A DNA stretch of 64,000 bases from an uncultured Chloroflexia bacterium (GTDB lineage Bacteria; Chloroflexota; Limnocylindria; Limnocylindrales; CSP1-4). This document shows, one piece after another, positions 8,683-18,353 of the stretch. The DNA lies in the NCBI GenBank assembly GCA_963707215.1, contig CAVPPB010000003.1, positions 544,001-608,000 on the forward strand, given 5' to 3'. Both the position numbers and the translations under genes were made by a program. Within the stretch, counting starts at the first letter, position 1, and each line of letters starts with the position of its first letter. Below the pieces are notes generated by a model. The model did not search any database and had not been told where the DNA came from. It saw only the letters and a list, made by a program, of their open reading frames with translations.

Positions 8683-10398
8683 ATGACCGAGGCCTTCTCC
8701 CAGCAGCTCGAGGTCGAGATCGACGGCGGGCCGCTCGATCCCGCGGCCGAGGCCCTGCTCGAGGCGGTCGTGACCGACGACAGCACCCACGTCCCCGACA
8801 TGGTCGTGCTGACCTTCCGTGACGTCGAGCGGACCGTCCTCGAAACGGCCCGTATCCGGATCGGCTCGACGATCCGCATCCGGGCGACGCCGATCGGCGG
8901 CTCGGAGCCGATGTCCATCTTCGACGGCGAGGTGACCAGCCTCGAGGGCGAGTACACCGAGGCCGGGACCCTCGCGATCGTCCGCGGCTACGACCCATCG
9001 CATCGGCTCTTCCGGGGCGGCCACACGACCACGTATCTCGGCATGAAGGACTCGGACATCGCCGGCGATGTCGCTCGGCGAGCCGGTCTACGGGTGGGCA
9101 CGATCGACGATTCCGGACCGGTCCACGATCACGTCTCGCAGCACAACCAGACCGACATGGCCTTCCTCCGCGGGCGCGCCGCGGAGATCGGCTTCGAGGT
9201 CGGGGTCCGTGATGGGACGTTCGAGTTCCGGCGGCCGCAGCGCTCGACCGAGGGTCCGGCCGAGGGCGACTTCGAGTCGGACGACCCGCTCCAGCTGGTC
9301 TTCGGCCGAGATCTCCTCGAGTTCCGGCCCCGGGTGACCTCGTCGGGCCAGGTGAGCCGGGTCCAGGTCCGCGGCTGGGATCCCGGCGCCAAGGAGGGCG
9401 TCGTCGGCGAGGCGGATGCGACCACGACCTCGACCGATGTCCGCGACACGCCGGCCGATCTCGCCGCCGTGTTCGGGAACCCGGTCCTCGTGGCCACCGA
9501 GCGACCGCTCCGGACCCAGGCCGCGGTCGATGCTGCCGCCCAAGCCCTGGCCGAGGTCGTCGGCGGCGTCGCCGTCGAGGCCGAGGGCATCGCCCGTGGC
9601 AACCCGCGGATCAAGCCCGACGCGGCGGTCAGCGTCTCGGTCGTCGGCGAGCCGTTTGCCGGCCGCTACCTCGTCACCGCCGCCACCCACCGCTTCGACC
9701 GCCAGGGCTACCGGACGCGGTTCGTCGTCTCGGGCCGCACGGAGCGCTCGCTGCTCGGCCTGACCGGCGGCAACGGCCACGACGGCCACCTCGGTCGGGT
9801 CGAGGGTGTGGTCTGCGCCCTGGTCACCAACAACGACGACCCCGATCGGCTCGGGCGGGTCAAGCTCAAGTTCCCCTGGCTGTCCGACGACTACGAGTCC
9901 GACTGGTCCCGCCTCGCGACGCCGGGCGCCGGCCCCGACTCCGGCGTGACCTTCCTGCCCCAGGTCAACGACGAGGTCCTCGTCGCGTTCGAGCAGGGCG
10001 AGATCCAGCGCCCGTACGTCCTTGGTGGTCTCTGGAATGGCGTGGACAAGCCACGCCTCGGGGACGGGCTCGTGGACAACGGAGCCATCAACCGCCGCGG
10101 GATCGTCTCCCGGCGCGGGCATCGGTTCGTCCTCTTCGACGGCCAGGGCGACTCGGGGATCGCGCTGCTGACGTCAGACGACCGGCTCAGCATCGCCCTC
10201 CACGAGACCGGGACCGAGATCCATGTCCGCTCCGACGGGACGATCCTCATCGAGGGCACCCGCGACATCACGGTCAAGAGCTCGGCCAACGTGAGCGTCG
10301 AGGCGAGCGGGACGCTGACGCTCAAGGGTCAGGGCGGCGTGACCATCACCTCGAGCGGCGTCGTCGACATCGACGGCTCGGTCATCCAGCTGAACTGA
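8683..10398 (+). CDS. VgrG-like hub/spike protein (gp27+gp5, Afp8-like)
   Basis: HVSQHNQTDMAFL, VQVRGWDP, OB-fold VTNNDDPDRLGRVKLKFPW...FLPQVNDEVLVAFEQG..RPYVLGGLWNG, beta-repeat C-terminus ending IQLN. Confidence 0.93.
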   Translation: MTEAFSQQLEVEIDGGPLDPAAEALLEAVVTDDSTHVPDMVVLTFRDVERTVLETARIRIGSTIRIRATPIGGSEPMSIFDGEVTSLEGEYTEAGTLAIVRGYDPSHRLFRGGHTTTYLGMKDSDIAGDVARRAGLRVGTIDDSGPVHDHVSQHNQTDMAFLRGRAAEIGFEVGVRDGTFEFRRPQRSTEGPAEGDFESDDPLQLVFGRDLLEFRPRVTSSGQVSRVQVRGWDPGAKEGVVGEADATTTSTDVRDTPADLAAVFGNPVLVATERPLRTQAAVDAAAQALAEVVGGVAVEAEGIARGNPRIKPDAAVSVSVVGEPFAGRYLVTAATHRFDRQGYRTRFVVSGRTERSLLGLTGGNGHDGHLGRVEGVVCALVTNNDDPDRLGRVKLKFPWLSDDYESDWSRLATPGAGPDSGVTFLPQVNDEVLVAFEQGEIQRPYVLGGLWNGVDKPRLGDGLVDNGAINRRGIVSRRGHRFVLFDGQGDSGIALLTSDDRLSIALHETGTEIHVRSDGTILIEGTRDITVKSSANVSVEASGTLTLKGQGGVTITSSGVVDIDGSVIQLN

Positions 10399-10407
10399 GG
10401 GTCCAAG

Positions 10408-10791
10408 GTGGGTTCGCCGGCGATCGTCATGAACGACCGGATCCAGGGGATGTGCGCCCACCAGATCCCCAACCCCGCCTCGGGCATCCCCCAGCCATCC
10501 GGCCCGTTGCCCTTCAGTGCCCCGGTCACCCTGGGAACCCAGGCGACGGTCCTCGTCGGCGGCAGACCCGCCGCCGTCATGGGCTCGTCGGGACTCAACA
10601 CGCCGCCGCACGTCGGTCTCCACGCCAGCGACCCGTACCTGGCCCCGCCGATGCAGGTCGGACGGATCGTCTCGGGCAGCCCGACGGTCCTGGTCGGCGG
10701 CCAGCCGGCCGCGACCGCCAGCTCGTCGGCGACCTGCTGCGCGACGCCGGGCAGCCTCGTCCCCACGGTCACGACCGTGCTCATCGGCTAG
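10408..10791 (+). CDS. PAAR-like spike tip protein
   Basis: Two TVLVGG(R/Q)PAA repeats and Cys/His residues; directly after VgrG. Confidence 0.85.
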   Translation: MGSPAIVMNDRIQGMCAHQIPNPASGIPQPSGPLPFSAPVTLGTQATVLVGGRPAAVMGSSGLNTPPHVGLHASDPYLAPPMQVGRIVSGSPTVLVGGQPAATASSSATCCATPGSLVPTVTTVLIG

Positions 10792-10803
10792 GAGGTGAAG
10801 GAC

Positions 10804-11202
10804 GTGAGCAGCGAGTTCGTCGGCTCGGGCTGGGGCTTCCCGGTCGATGTCGACGCCACTGGCGGGGTCCGCCTCGTCAGCGAGCAGGTCGAGATCGAGC
10901 AGAGCATCCGGCTCATCCTGTCCACCGCCCCCGGCGAGCGACCGATGCGGCCGGAGTTCGGCTGCTCCATCCACGACCACGTCTTCGACAGCGTCGACGG
11001 TCGGACGACCGGGCGCGTCGTCTACGCCGTCCGCGAAGCCCTCCGCCGCTGGGAGCCCCGGATCGACGTCCTCGACATCTCGGTCGGTCGCCATCCGACC
11101 GAGGCGGACGCCGTCCTGCTCGACATCCGCTACACGATCAGCGACTCGAACGATCCCCGGAACCTCGTGTTCCCCTTCTACATCATCCCGGGCGAGGGCT
11201 GA
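10804..11202 (+). CDS. Baseplate wedge gp25/GPW-family protein (Afp9-like)
   Basis: GSGWGFP, IEQSIRLILSTAPGERPMRPEFGC, WEPRI, NLVFPFY. AGGAGG RBS favours the GTG at 10804. Confidence 0.93.
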   Translation: MSSEFVGSGWGFPVDVDATGGVRLVSEQVEIEQSIRLILSTAPGERPMRPEFGCSIHDHVFDSVDGRTTGRVVYAVREALRRWEPRIDVLDISVGRHPTEADAVLLDIRYTISDSNDPRNLVFPFYIIPGEG

Positions 11203-11232
11203 CCCCGCCGGCCACAAGGGAGCGCAGCAACG

Positions 11233-13182
11233 ATGGCCCTGCCCGTCCCGAACCTCGACGATCGCCGCTTCCAGGACCTCGTCGACGACGCCAAGCGGCT
11301 GATCGCCCAGCGCTGCCCCGAGTGGACCGACCACAACGTCCACGACCCCGGCGTCACGCTGGTCGAGCTGTTCGCCTTCATGACCGACCAGCTGCTGTAC
11401 CGGCTGAACCGGGTCCCCGATCGTCAGTACGTCGCCTTCCTCGACCTGCTCGGCGTGCGCCTGTTCCCGCCGACCGCCGCCGGGACCGCGCTGACCTTCT
11501 GGCTGTCGGCCCCGCAGCCGGACACGATCCGGATCCCGACCGGGACCCAGGCGGCCACGATCCGGACGGAGACCGACGAGGCGATCATCTTCGAGACGAC
11601 CGACGACCTCGTGATCCCGAGGACCGAGCTGCGGGTGGTCCGCTCGAGCCTCGACGGCAAGGCCTACCGCGACCATGCCGAGGCGCTCGCTCGCCGCACG
11701 CCCTTCTACTGCTTCGACGACGTGCCGGCACCGGGCAACGCCCTGTACGTCGGCCTGTCCGAGCCGGCCCCGTCGAGCGCGGTGCTGCTCCGCTTCAGCT
11801 GTGACATCGAGGGCGTCGGCGTCGATCCCGAGCGACCGCCGCTGGCCTGGGAGGCCTGGGACGGCGACGAGTGGGTGGCCTGTGAGCTGGAGCGAGATGA
11901 GACCGGCGGGCTCAACCGCGACGGCGACGTCGTGCTCCACGTGCCGCGCGGCCACGCCGCCTCGATGGTCGACCGCGAGCGGGCCGGCTGGATCCGGGCC
12001 CGGGTCGTCGAGGCCGAGGCGGATCAGCCCACCTACAGCGCCTCGCCGTCGATCGGCGGGCTGACCGCGACGACGATCGGCGGGACGGTGACGGCGGTGA
12101 ACGCCCAGCTCGTCGACCTCGACGAGTTGGGCAGCTCCGAGGGGGTGCCCGGGCAGCGGTTCGAGGTCCGGCGTCGCCCGATCGTGCCGGCCGGCAGGCC
12201 CCCGGTCCTCGAGGTCGTCGGCGACGACGGCGAGCCCGTCGAGTGGATCCTCGTCGAGGACTTCGCCTCGTCGGGTCCGACCGATCCACACTTCGCCCTC
12301 GACCCGGTGACCGGCGAGGTCCGCCTGGGACCGGCCGTCCGCGATGTCGACGGCTCGCTCGTCCACTACGGCGCCGTCCCAGCGAAGAACGCGGTGCTGC
12401 GCCTCCGCGGCTACCGGAGCGGCGGCGGGGAGCGCGGCAACGTCGCCGCACGGGCGATCAGCGTCCTGCGCTCGTCGATCCCCTACGTCAGCCGGGTCGA
12501 GAACCGGCGGGCCGCGACGGGCGGCGTCGACGGCGAGCGGATCGAGAACGCGAAGGCCCGGGGACCGATGCTCCTGCGGACCCGCGGCCGGGCGGTGACA
12601 GCGGACGACTTCGAGCACCTCGCCAGGAGCGCCGCTCCCGAAGTGGCCCGGGTCAAGGCGGTGCCGGCCGCCGACCCGGCCGAGGCCGGGGCCGTCCGGG
12701 TGCTGGTCGTGCCGGCGGTCTCCGGCCCGGACGGCCGGCTGGCCTTCGAGCAGCTGGTCCCGCCTGAATCGACGATGCAGCGGATCACCGACCGCCTCGA
12801 GGGGGCCCGGGTCATCGGGACCAGGGTGGTGGTCGAGCCGCCTGTCTACCGCGGCGTGACCGTGGTCGCCAAGCTACGGGCCCGGCCGCGGACCAACCCG
12901 ACCCGCCTGTCCGATCATGCCCTCGAGACTCTCTACCGCTACCTGCACCCGATCGAGGGAGGCCCGGACGGCGACGGCTGGCCGTTCGGTCGGCCCGTCT
13001 CGGCGGCCGAGCTGCACGCGGTGCTGCAGCGGCTACGTGGGACGGAGCTCGTTGACGACCTGCGGCTCTTCGGCGCGGATCCGGTGACGGGGCAGCGCGG
13101 CCAGGCCACGACGCGCCTAGAGCTCGAGCCGACGGCGCTGGTCTTCTCGTACGAGCACCAGGTGCTCGTGGAGGCCGGTTGA
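11233..13182 (+). CDS. Baseplate J-like assembly protein (Afp11-like)
   Basis: MALPVPNLDDRRFQDLVDDAK..CPEWTDHNVHDPGVTL, YRSGGGERGNV, ATGGVDGE, RAVTADDFE, GWPFGR. Confidence 0.93.
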   Translation: MALPVPNLDDRRFQDLVDDAKRLIAQRCPEWTDHNVHDPGVTLVELFAFMTDQLLYRLNRVPDRQYVAFLDLLGVRLFPPTAAGTALTFWLSAPQPDTIRIPTGTQAATIRTETDEAIIFETTDDLVIPRTELRVVRSSLDGKAYRDHAEALARRTPFYCFDDVPAPGNALYVGLSEPAPSSAVLLRFSCDIEGVGVDPERPPLAWEAWDGDEWVACELERDETGGLNRDGDVVLHVPRGHAASMVDRERAGWIRARVVEAEADQPTYSASPSIGGLTATTIGGTVTAVNAQLVDLDELGSSEGVPGQRFEVRRRPIVPAGRPPVLEVVGDDGEPVEWILVEDFASSGPTDPHFALDPVTGEVRLGPAVRDVDGSLVHYGAVPAKNAVLRLRGYRSGGGERGNVAARAISVLRSSIPYVSRVENRRAATGGVDGERIENAKARGPMLLRTRGRAVTADDFEHLARSAAPEVARVKAVPAADPAEAGAVRVLVVPAVSGPDGRLAFEQLVPPESTMQRITDRLEGARVIGTRVVVEPPVYRGVTVVAKLRARPRTNPTRLSDHALETLYRYLHPIEGGPDGDGWPFGRPVSAAELHAVLQRLRGTELVDDLRLFGADPVTGQRGQATTRLELEPTALVFSYEHQVLVEAG

Positions 13183-13183
13183 G

Positions 13184-13831
13184 ATGCGCGGGATGGTGCC
13201 AGGGCTCATCAATCCCCATCCCCTGGGCCGGGGTCTCCCGGGCGTCTACCAGGAAGAGGATCCGTTCACCATGCGGATGACCGAGGCGCTGGACGAGGTG
13301 CTCGCCCCGGTGGTCTCGACGCTCGACAATCTGCCCGCGTACTTCGATCCGCATCTTGCGCCGGAGGACTTCGTGGGATGGCTGGCTGGGTGGGTGGCCT
13401 TCGAGCTCGACGAGACCTGGCCGATCGCGACGCGCCGAGAGGCGGTGGCCCGCGCGGTCGACCTCCTGCAACGTCGCGGCACGGCCGGTGGGCTGGCCGA
13501 CGAGATCACCCTCGTCACCGGTGGCGAGGCCGAGATCGTCGAGAACGGGGGGACCGCCTGGTCCCTCGACCCTGGCAGCGAGATGGTCGGCTCCCGGAAG
13601 CCGTCGCTTCTCGTGCGGGTACGGGTCAAGGATGCGGCCGCGGTCGATGCCGAGCGCCTCGACCGCATCGTCCGGGCGGCCAAGCCCGCCCACGTACCGC
13701 ACCGGGTCGAGGTCATCGGCGGCGATGCCGAGCCGAAGGCCAGGCGCAAGCCGACACCGGACGCGTCGTCGGGCCAGCATGCCAAGGCCGAGCCGACAGC
13801 TCCTCCGCCAGAGGAGGGTGCCGATGGCTGA
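13184..13831 (+). CDS. Phage tail protein I-like baseplate protein
   Basis: LPGVYQE..F....DEVLAP..STLDNL.AYFDP.LAPEDF..WLAGWV, RRGTAGGL, AKPAH. Confidence 0.88.
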   Translation: MRGMVPGLINPHPLGRGLPGVYQEEDPFTMRMTEALDEVLAPVVSTLDNLPAYFDPHLAPEDFVGWLAGWVAFELDETWPIATRREAVARAVDLLQRRGTAGGLADEITLVTGGEAEIVENGGTAWSLDPGSEMVGSRKPSLLVRVRVKDAAAVDAERLDRIVRAAKPAHVPHRVEVIGGDAEPKARRKPTPDASSGQHAKAEPTAPPPEEGADG

Positions 13832-13964
13832 TGAAGCTGACGGAACGGCAGGCACGCGTCGAGGGCCGCGCTGACGGCGAGGTGCAACGCGTACGCCGGA
13901 CGCCATCGGTGCCCGCACCGATGCGGCTCGGTCACCGTATCCTTGACAGCGACCTCGTGACCGA

Positions 13965-15323
13965 GTGGAGCCAGCCGAGTTGATCGTCTGCGGGAACTGC
14001 GGCCATCGCAACGAGGAGTCCGATGCATTCTGCGGGAGCTGCGGCCAGTTCCTGGAGTGGGTCGGGCGACGTGAAGCTGCCGGCGGGGAGCTGACCGGCC
14101 CGGAGCCGGAGCCGGAGCTAGCGCCCGAGCCGGAGCCTGAACCGGAGCCGGAGCCGGAGCCGGAGCTAGCGCCCGAGCCGGAGCCCGCGCCCGCGCCCGA
14201 GCCGGAGCCTGAACCGGTGCCGGTGCCGGAGCCGGAGCCTGAACCGGAGCCGGAGCCGGAGCCGGAGCCTGAACCGGAGCCGGAGCCGGAGCCGGAGTCG
14301 GCTCTCCGACGCGGGCGGCCCGCCACGGCCGTCGCTATCACGCGTGGTCCAGAGCTTGCGCCCTCGACGGCGCCCCCACCTCCGCCGGACCGCGAGCCTG
14401 GTCTGGTCCGCGAGACGTCCGTCCAGCCGGGCCCTGTCCAGCCCGCCGCCCGTCGCCCCGAGCCGGCGGCCCAGGCGCCGGATCAGCCGGAAGCCCGCAA
14501 GCCGACCGCAGCCGTCGCTGCCCCACCGCGGCCCCGCCCATCGGCGGCGGCGCCCCGCCGCGAGGCGAAGCCCGGCGACCTCATCTGCTCTTCGTGCGCC
14601 GAGCCGAACGACCCGAGCCGCAAGTTCTGCCGGCGCTGCGGGACCAGCCTCGCGACCGCGATCGTCGAGAAGCCGCTGCCGTGGTGGCGGCGGATCTTCC
14701 GTCGCCAGCCGAAGGTGTACGCGGCCGGCGAGCGGACTGGTCGGATGCAGCGCGGCGAACGTCGGTCGGGTCGCCTCGCCACGAGGTCGATCGTCGGGCT
14801 GCTCTTCATCGTCCTGGTCGGTGCCGGCGTCATCGGATTCGTCGCCGTCCCGTCGTTCCGTCAGATGGTCACTGACGCTGTGTCGCCCGCCCTCGATCAG
14901 GTGCGCCGGATCGTGGCGCCTGAGCTCGCGATCGAGCGCCCCGTCTCCGTGGCCAGCGACGACCAGCTGCCCGACCATCCCGTCAGCCTGCTCTTCGACT
15001 CGTTCACGAACACCGATTGGCGGGCAGCTGGCAGCGCTCCGACCGTGGTGGTCGAGTTCGACGAACCGGTCGATCTCGGTGCGATCATCGTCCACTCAGG
15101 CTCATCCGACGGCTTCGTGGACCTTCGCCGACCCGCCGTCTTGACCATCGTGTTGCCCGATGGCGCGACCACCTCTCTGCAGCTCGAGGACGTCCATGAT
15201 CCGCAACGGTTCGACCTGTCGGGCTCGGCGGTCGACCGGCTGGAGATCCGGGTCAGCGAGACGAATGGACCCGCCGGCGCGGCCGTTGCGCTGTCCGAGA
15301 TCGAGTTGTTCGCGCAGCGCTGA
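13965..15323 (+). CDS. Bitopic membrane protein with two Zn ribbons, (PE)n spacer, one TM helix and C-terminal beta-sandwich domain (CisA-like CIS membrane adaptor)
   Basis: CGNC..FCGSCG and [18 protein letters not shown], hydrophobic [21 protein letters not shown]-terminal [10 protein letters not shown]...VALSEIELF. Last gene of the CIS operon. Confidence 0.75.
   Translation: MEPAELIVCGNCGHRNEESDAFCGSCGQFLEWVGRREAAGGELTGPEPEPELAPEPEPEPEPEPEPELAPEPEPAPAPEPEPEPVPVPEPEPEPEPEPEPEPEPEPEPEPESALRRGRPATAVAITRGPELAPSTAPPPPPDREPGLVRETSVQPGPVQPAARRPEPAAQAPDQPEARKPTAAVAAPPRPRPSAAAPRREAKPGDLICSSCAEPNDPSRKFCRRCGTSLATAIVEKPLPWWRRIFRRQPKVYAAGERTGRMQRGERRSGRLATRSIVGLLFIVLVGAGVIGFVAVPSFRQMVTDAVSPALDQVRRIVAPELAIERPVSVASDDQLPDHPVSLLFDSFTNTDWRAAGSAPTVVVEFDEPVDLGAIIVHSGSSDGFVDLRRPAVLTIVLPDGATTSLQLEDVHDPQRFDLSGSAVDRLEIRVSETNGPAGAAVALSEIELFAQR
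14100..14297 (+). repeat. Coding hexamer tandem repeat (CCGGAG)n encoding a Pro-Glu tract
   Basis: About 200 bp of CCGGAG units with recurring variants CTAGCG and CCTGAA, indicating higher-order duplication. Confidence 0.95.
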
Positions 15324-18300
15324 TCAGGAGGCCCCGAGCACGGCATCGGAGACGCCGAGCGCGGCCAGGATCGCCAGGTACTCCTCACGGTCACGACGGG
15401 CGGCCCCGACGTCGCCGGCCTGCTCTCGTGCCTGGATCAGCAACCGCCACAGCCGGTCGTCGTAGCGGTCGTGCTGCAGGCCGATGCGACATGTGCGGAT
15501 GGCATCGGCTGGCTCGTCGCGCAGGAGGGCGTCCTCGGCCAGGCTTCGGGCGGCCTCGACCACGTCGGCGCGGTACCGCTCGCGCCGCTCGACCACCCAG
15601 TCGGCCGGACCGTCCTCGGGCAGGAGCTCGCCCTGGTAGAGCTGGATCGCCCGCTCGAACCCCTCGCGAGGATCCCGTCCGGCCGCCAGCGCCGCCCGGC
15701 CGCGCTCCATCGCATCGTCGAAGCGGACGAGGTCGATGACCGCGATCGGCAGGGCGAGACGGTAGGCATCGCCCTCGCGGATGAGCGACCTGGTCCCCTC
15801 GCCATCGCCGAGCTCGCCGAACCAGGCCCGAAGGCTGGAGACGGCCACGTGCAGGCTGTGGGCCGCCGTGCGCGGATCGACGTCGTGCCAGAGCGCCTCG
15901 AGGATCACGTCGCGATGGACCGGGACGCCGGCCTGGACCGCCAGCAGCCGGAGCAGCGCCCTCGCACGCGGCTTGACCGCGTCAAGCGCGACGGGTCGGC
16001 CGTCCCGCTCGATCGCGAAGCCGCCGAGCGTCCGGATCCGGATCGCCTCGGCGTGTCCCGGCGGTCCGGCTCGCTCCGCGGCCGGGATCGCCCGATGTGG
16101 CGAGTTGCCGCTGCAGACGGTGTCGCCCTGGTCCGGGCATGCCGCGGCGGGTGCCACCAGCCCCGTCTCGTGGGCGACGGCCTCAGCAAGCTCCTCGAAC
16201 TCGATCCGCCGCGACGGGTCCGTGACCGCCAGGGCGCGATAGGCGATAGCCCTGACCCCGGGCGTCCCGGTCGTACGGGCGAAGCTCTCGGCGGCGAAGG
16301 CGGCTTCGCGGGCTCCGTCGAGCCCGGCCTCGGCCTGCCCGAGCGCCAGCAGGCCTCGAGCCCAGGCCTCGAGGACGCCGGTCCCGAGCCGCCGGAACCC
16401 TGCAACGGCACGGCTTGCCGCGTCGATCCGTCGACCGGCACCCGAAGTACCACCGTCGGTCGTTGGCGACCAAGCCTCGAGCAATTCGAGCAGGGCCACA
16501 CCCCACGGATCCTCGTCGATCAGCATCGCCGGCCCGGCGGTCTCCCCTCCCGATCGCGGGGACACCGAGCGGGCGCGGCTGCCGGCGGCAAGGCGGCCCG
16601 TGGCGACTGCCAACCGAGCCAGCCAGGGTGACCCAGATCGCTCTGCCGCGGCGGCGGCCGCGTCGATGAGGGCGGATCCCGTCGGGTCGCCCGACAGGAC
16701 CGCCGCGACCCCGTCGGCCAGGGCGGCCGCCACGGGCAGCGGGCCGGACGCTCGGGCGTCTTCGGCGGCTGCCCCGAGGAGCTCGCGGGCCAGGACCGGC
16801 TCGCCGGCGGCGAGGCGGAGGAGTCCGGCTACGAGCCGAGCCGACGGGTCGTCGTCGCGGGCCGTGACGCGGGCCACCGCAAGGGGCTCGCGCATGAGTC
16901 CCACCCGGAGATCGCGGGTCCGATCGGCCGGGGCCACCGCGAGCGGGTCGAGCCAGGCGGCAAGGACCAGCCGCTCGTGGCGACAGGCGGCCGCGGTCGG
17001 CGCGTCACCGAAGGCAGCCTCGGCCCGGGCGAAGCCCGCGATCGCTGCCGACCAGCGGCCCGAGGCCCGGGCCTGCCGAGCTGCCGCCAGCGCAAGCCAC
17101 GGCTCGTCACGCAGGAGGGACGCGGGCACCGACTCGAGCGCGGTCGATCCACCCGAGGCGAGCCGCTCGCCGTGGCCGCCGGCCAGTCGGCGCACGGCAT
17201 CCCAGTCCTCGGCCCGGCAGTAGGAGGTGAGCGCCTCGGCGATGGCGCCGGCCTCCTCGAGCAGGGAGCCGGCACGGACGTAGCGGTCGCGGGCCGCCGC
17301 CTCTCCGAGTGCCTCGACCAGGCGCCGATCGAGGTACGAGCGGAAGATCTCGTGGAAGCGGTAGCCGCCTTCGTCGTCGTCGATCTCAACGGTGAAGATC
17401 TGGCGCCTGACCAACTCCTCGAGAAGGGCGCTGCTGCCGTGGCGACCCAGCAGACGGTCACACAGGCTCCCGGTCAGGCGGCCGAGCACGCAGGCCTCGA
17501 CCAGGAAGCCGCGCAACTCTTCTGGCAGCTCGGCCATGACATTGGCAGCGAGGTACTCGCGGACGAGACGCCCACTCGGTCCGACCCCGGACAGGATCCG
17601 CCGGCGTTCGTCGGCCGACTTGCCTCGGGTCGCCAGGTGATAGAGCTGCAATCCGGCTGCCCAGCCCTCGGTCCGACGGGCGAGGACGGCCAGGTCGCTC
17701 GGCGGGACCGGGTCGTGGTAGTGATCGCGGAAGAGCTGCTCGACCTCCCATGCTCGGAACCGAAGGTCGTCGGCGCCGACCTCGACCAGATCGTCGGCGA
17801 CGCGAAGTCGGGATACGTTGAAGCCGGGGGCCACCCGGGACCCGACAAGGATCGCCAGCCAGCCGGGTGCGTAGTCGATGAAGCGGGCGAGGACTGCCTC
17901 CGCGTCCGTCCCTTCGAGGGCGTGCAGGTCGTCGACCACCAGCAGGGCCGGTCCGGCCCCGCGAGCATCGAGGGCGGCCGCCGCATCCTCGACCCGAGGC
18001 CACCCGCTCGCGAGGTCCGGCATCGCCGCGCGCAAGGCTCCCTCCAGATGCCGAACGAGCGCAGTCTCGTCGGCGTCCCAGGGCTCCGCCCGGTACCAGG
18101 CGACCGGCGCGGCGCTCGCCGCCGCGAAGTCGGCGAGGAGAGTCGTCTTGCCCGAGCCAGCTGGAGCGACGATGACGCCCAGCCGACGGCCCCAGATGGC
18201 CTCGAGTCGGCGATGGAGTCGTTCGCGACGCAGTCCATCGGCGGACGGGGGCCGGACCTTCGCGGGAACGACCGCGACCAGCGGGCGAGAAGCCCCACCC

Positions 18301-18353
18301 GGCGCGAGCCTCCGACCCCCCGTCGCTCCCTCGCTCGGCACTGTCGGTCCCAC
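15324..18353 (-). CDS. MalT-like STAND NTPase fused to C-terminal wHTH+BTAD (SARP-type) transcriptional regulator; start approximate
   Basis: PAKVRPP, APAGSGKTTL, LVVDDLH, LRFRAWE, RTEGWAAGLQL, YRFHEIFR, then IRTLGGF..KPRARALLRLL...LYQGELLPED..ADWV..RRE. Confidence 0.88.
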   Translation of the reverse strand: MGPTVPSEGATGGRRLAPGGASRPLVAVVPAKVRPPSADGLRRERLHRRLEAIWGRRLGVIVAPAGSGKTTLLADFAAASAAPVAWYRAEPWDADETALVRHLEGALRAAMPDLASGWPRVEDAAAALDARGAGPALLVVDDLHALEGTDAEAVLARFIDYAPGWLAILVGSRVAPGFNVSRLRVADDLVEVGADDLRFRAWEVEQLFRDHYHDPVPPSDLAVLARRTEGWAAGLQLYHLATRGKSADERRRILSGVGPSGRLVREYLAANVMAELPEELRGFLVEACVLGRLTGSLCDRLLGRHGSSALLEELVRRQIFTVEIDDDEGGYRFHEIFRSYLDRRLVEALGEAAARDRYVRAGSLLEEAGAIAEALTSYCRAEDWDAVRRLAGGHGERLASGGSTALESVPASLLRDEPWLALAAARQARASGRWSAAIAGFARAEAAFGDAPTAAACRHERLVLAAWLDPLAVAPADRTRDLRVGLMREPLAVARVTARDDDPSARLVAGLLRLAAGEPVLARELLGAAAEDARASGPLPVAAALADGVAAVLSGDPTGSALIDAAAAAAERSGSPWLARLAVATGRLAAGSRARSVSPRSGGETAGPAMLIDEDPWGVALLELLEAWSPTTDGGTSGAGRRIDAASRAVAGFRRLGTGVLEAWARGLLALGQAEAGLDGAREAAFAAESFARTTGTPGVRAIAYRALAVTDPSRRIEFEELAEAVAHETGLVAPAAACPDQGDTVCSGNSPHRAIPAAERAGPPGHAEAIRIRTLGGFAIERDGRPVALDAVKPRARALLRLLAVQAGVPVHRDVILEALWHDVDPRTAAHSLHVAVSSLRAWFGELGDGEGTRSLIREGDAYRLALPIAVIDLVRFDDAMERGRAALAAGRDPREGFERAIQLYQGELLPEDGPADWVVERRERYRADVVEAARSLAEDALLRDEPADAIRTCRIGLQHDRYDDRLWRLLIQAREQAGDVGAARRDREEYLAILAALGVSDAVLGAS

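Noticed and set aside
3025-13831. Prophage or T6SS interpretation of the tail genes
   Set aside because: No capsid, portal, terminase, integrase or lysis genes, and no TssJLM/TssK/ClpV. Pvc16 plus an Afp15-type ATPase indicate a CIS.
13832-13964. Words shared with 34621-34690 (GCTGACGG, GCACCGATGC, CCTTGAC) suggesting a regulon; TTGACA at 13943
   Set aside because: The order differs, 7-10-mer matches are expected by chance at this GC content, and TTGACA has no properly spaced -10.
14100-14297. Possible CRISPR array
   Set aside because: Pure in-frame hexamer repeat with no unique spacers and no cas genes.
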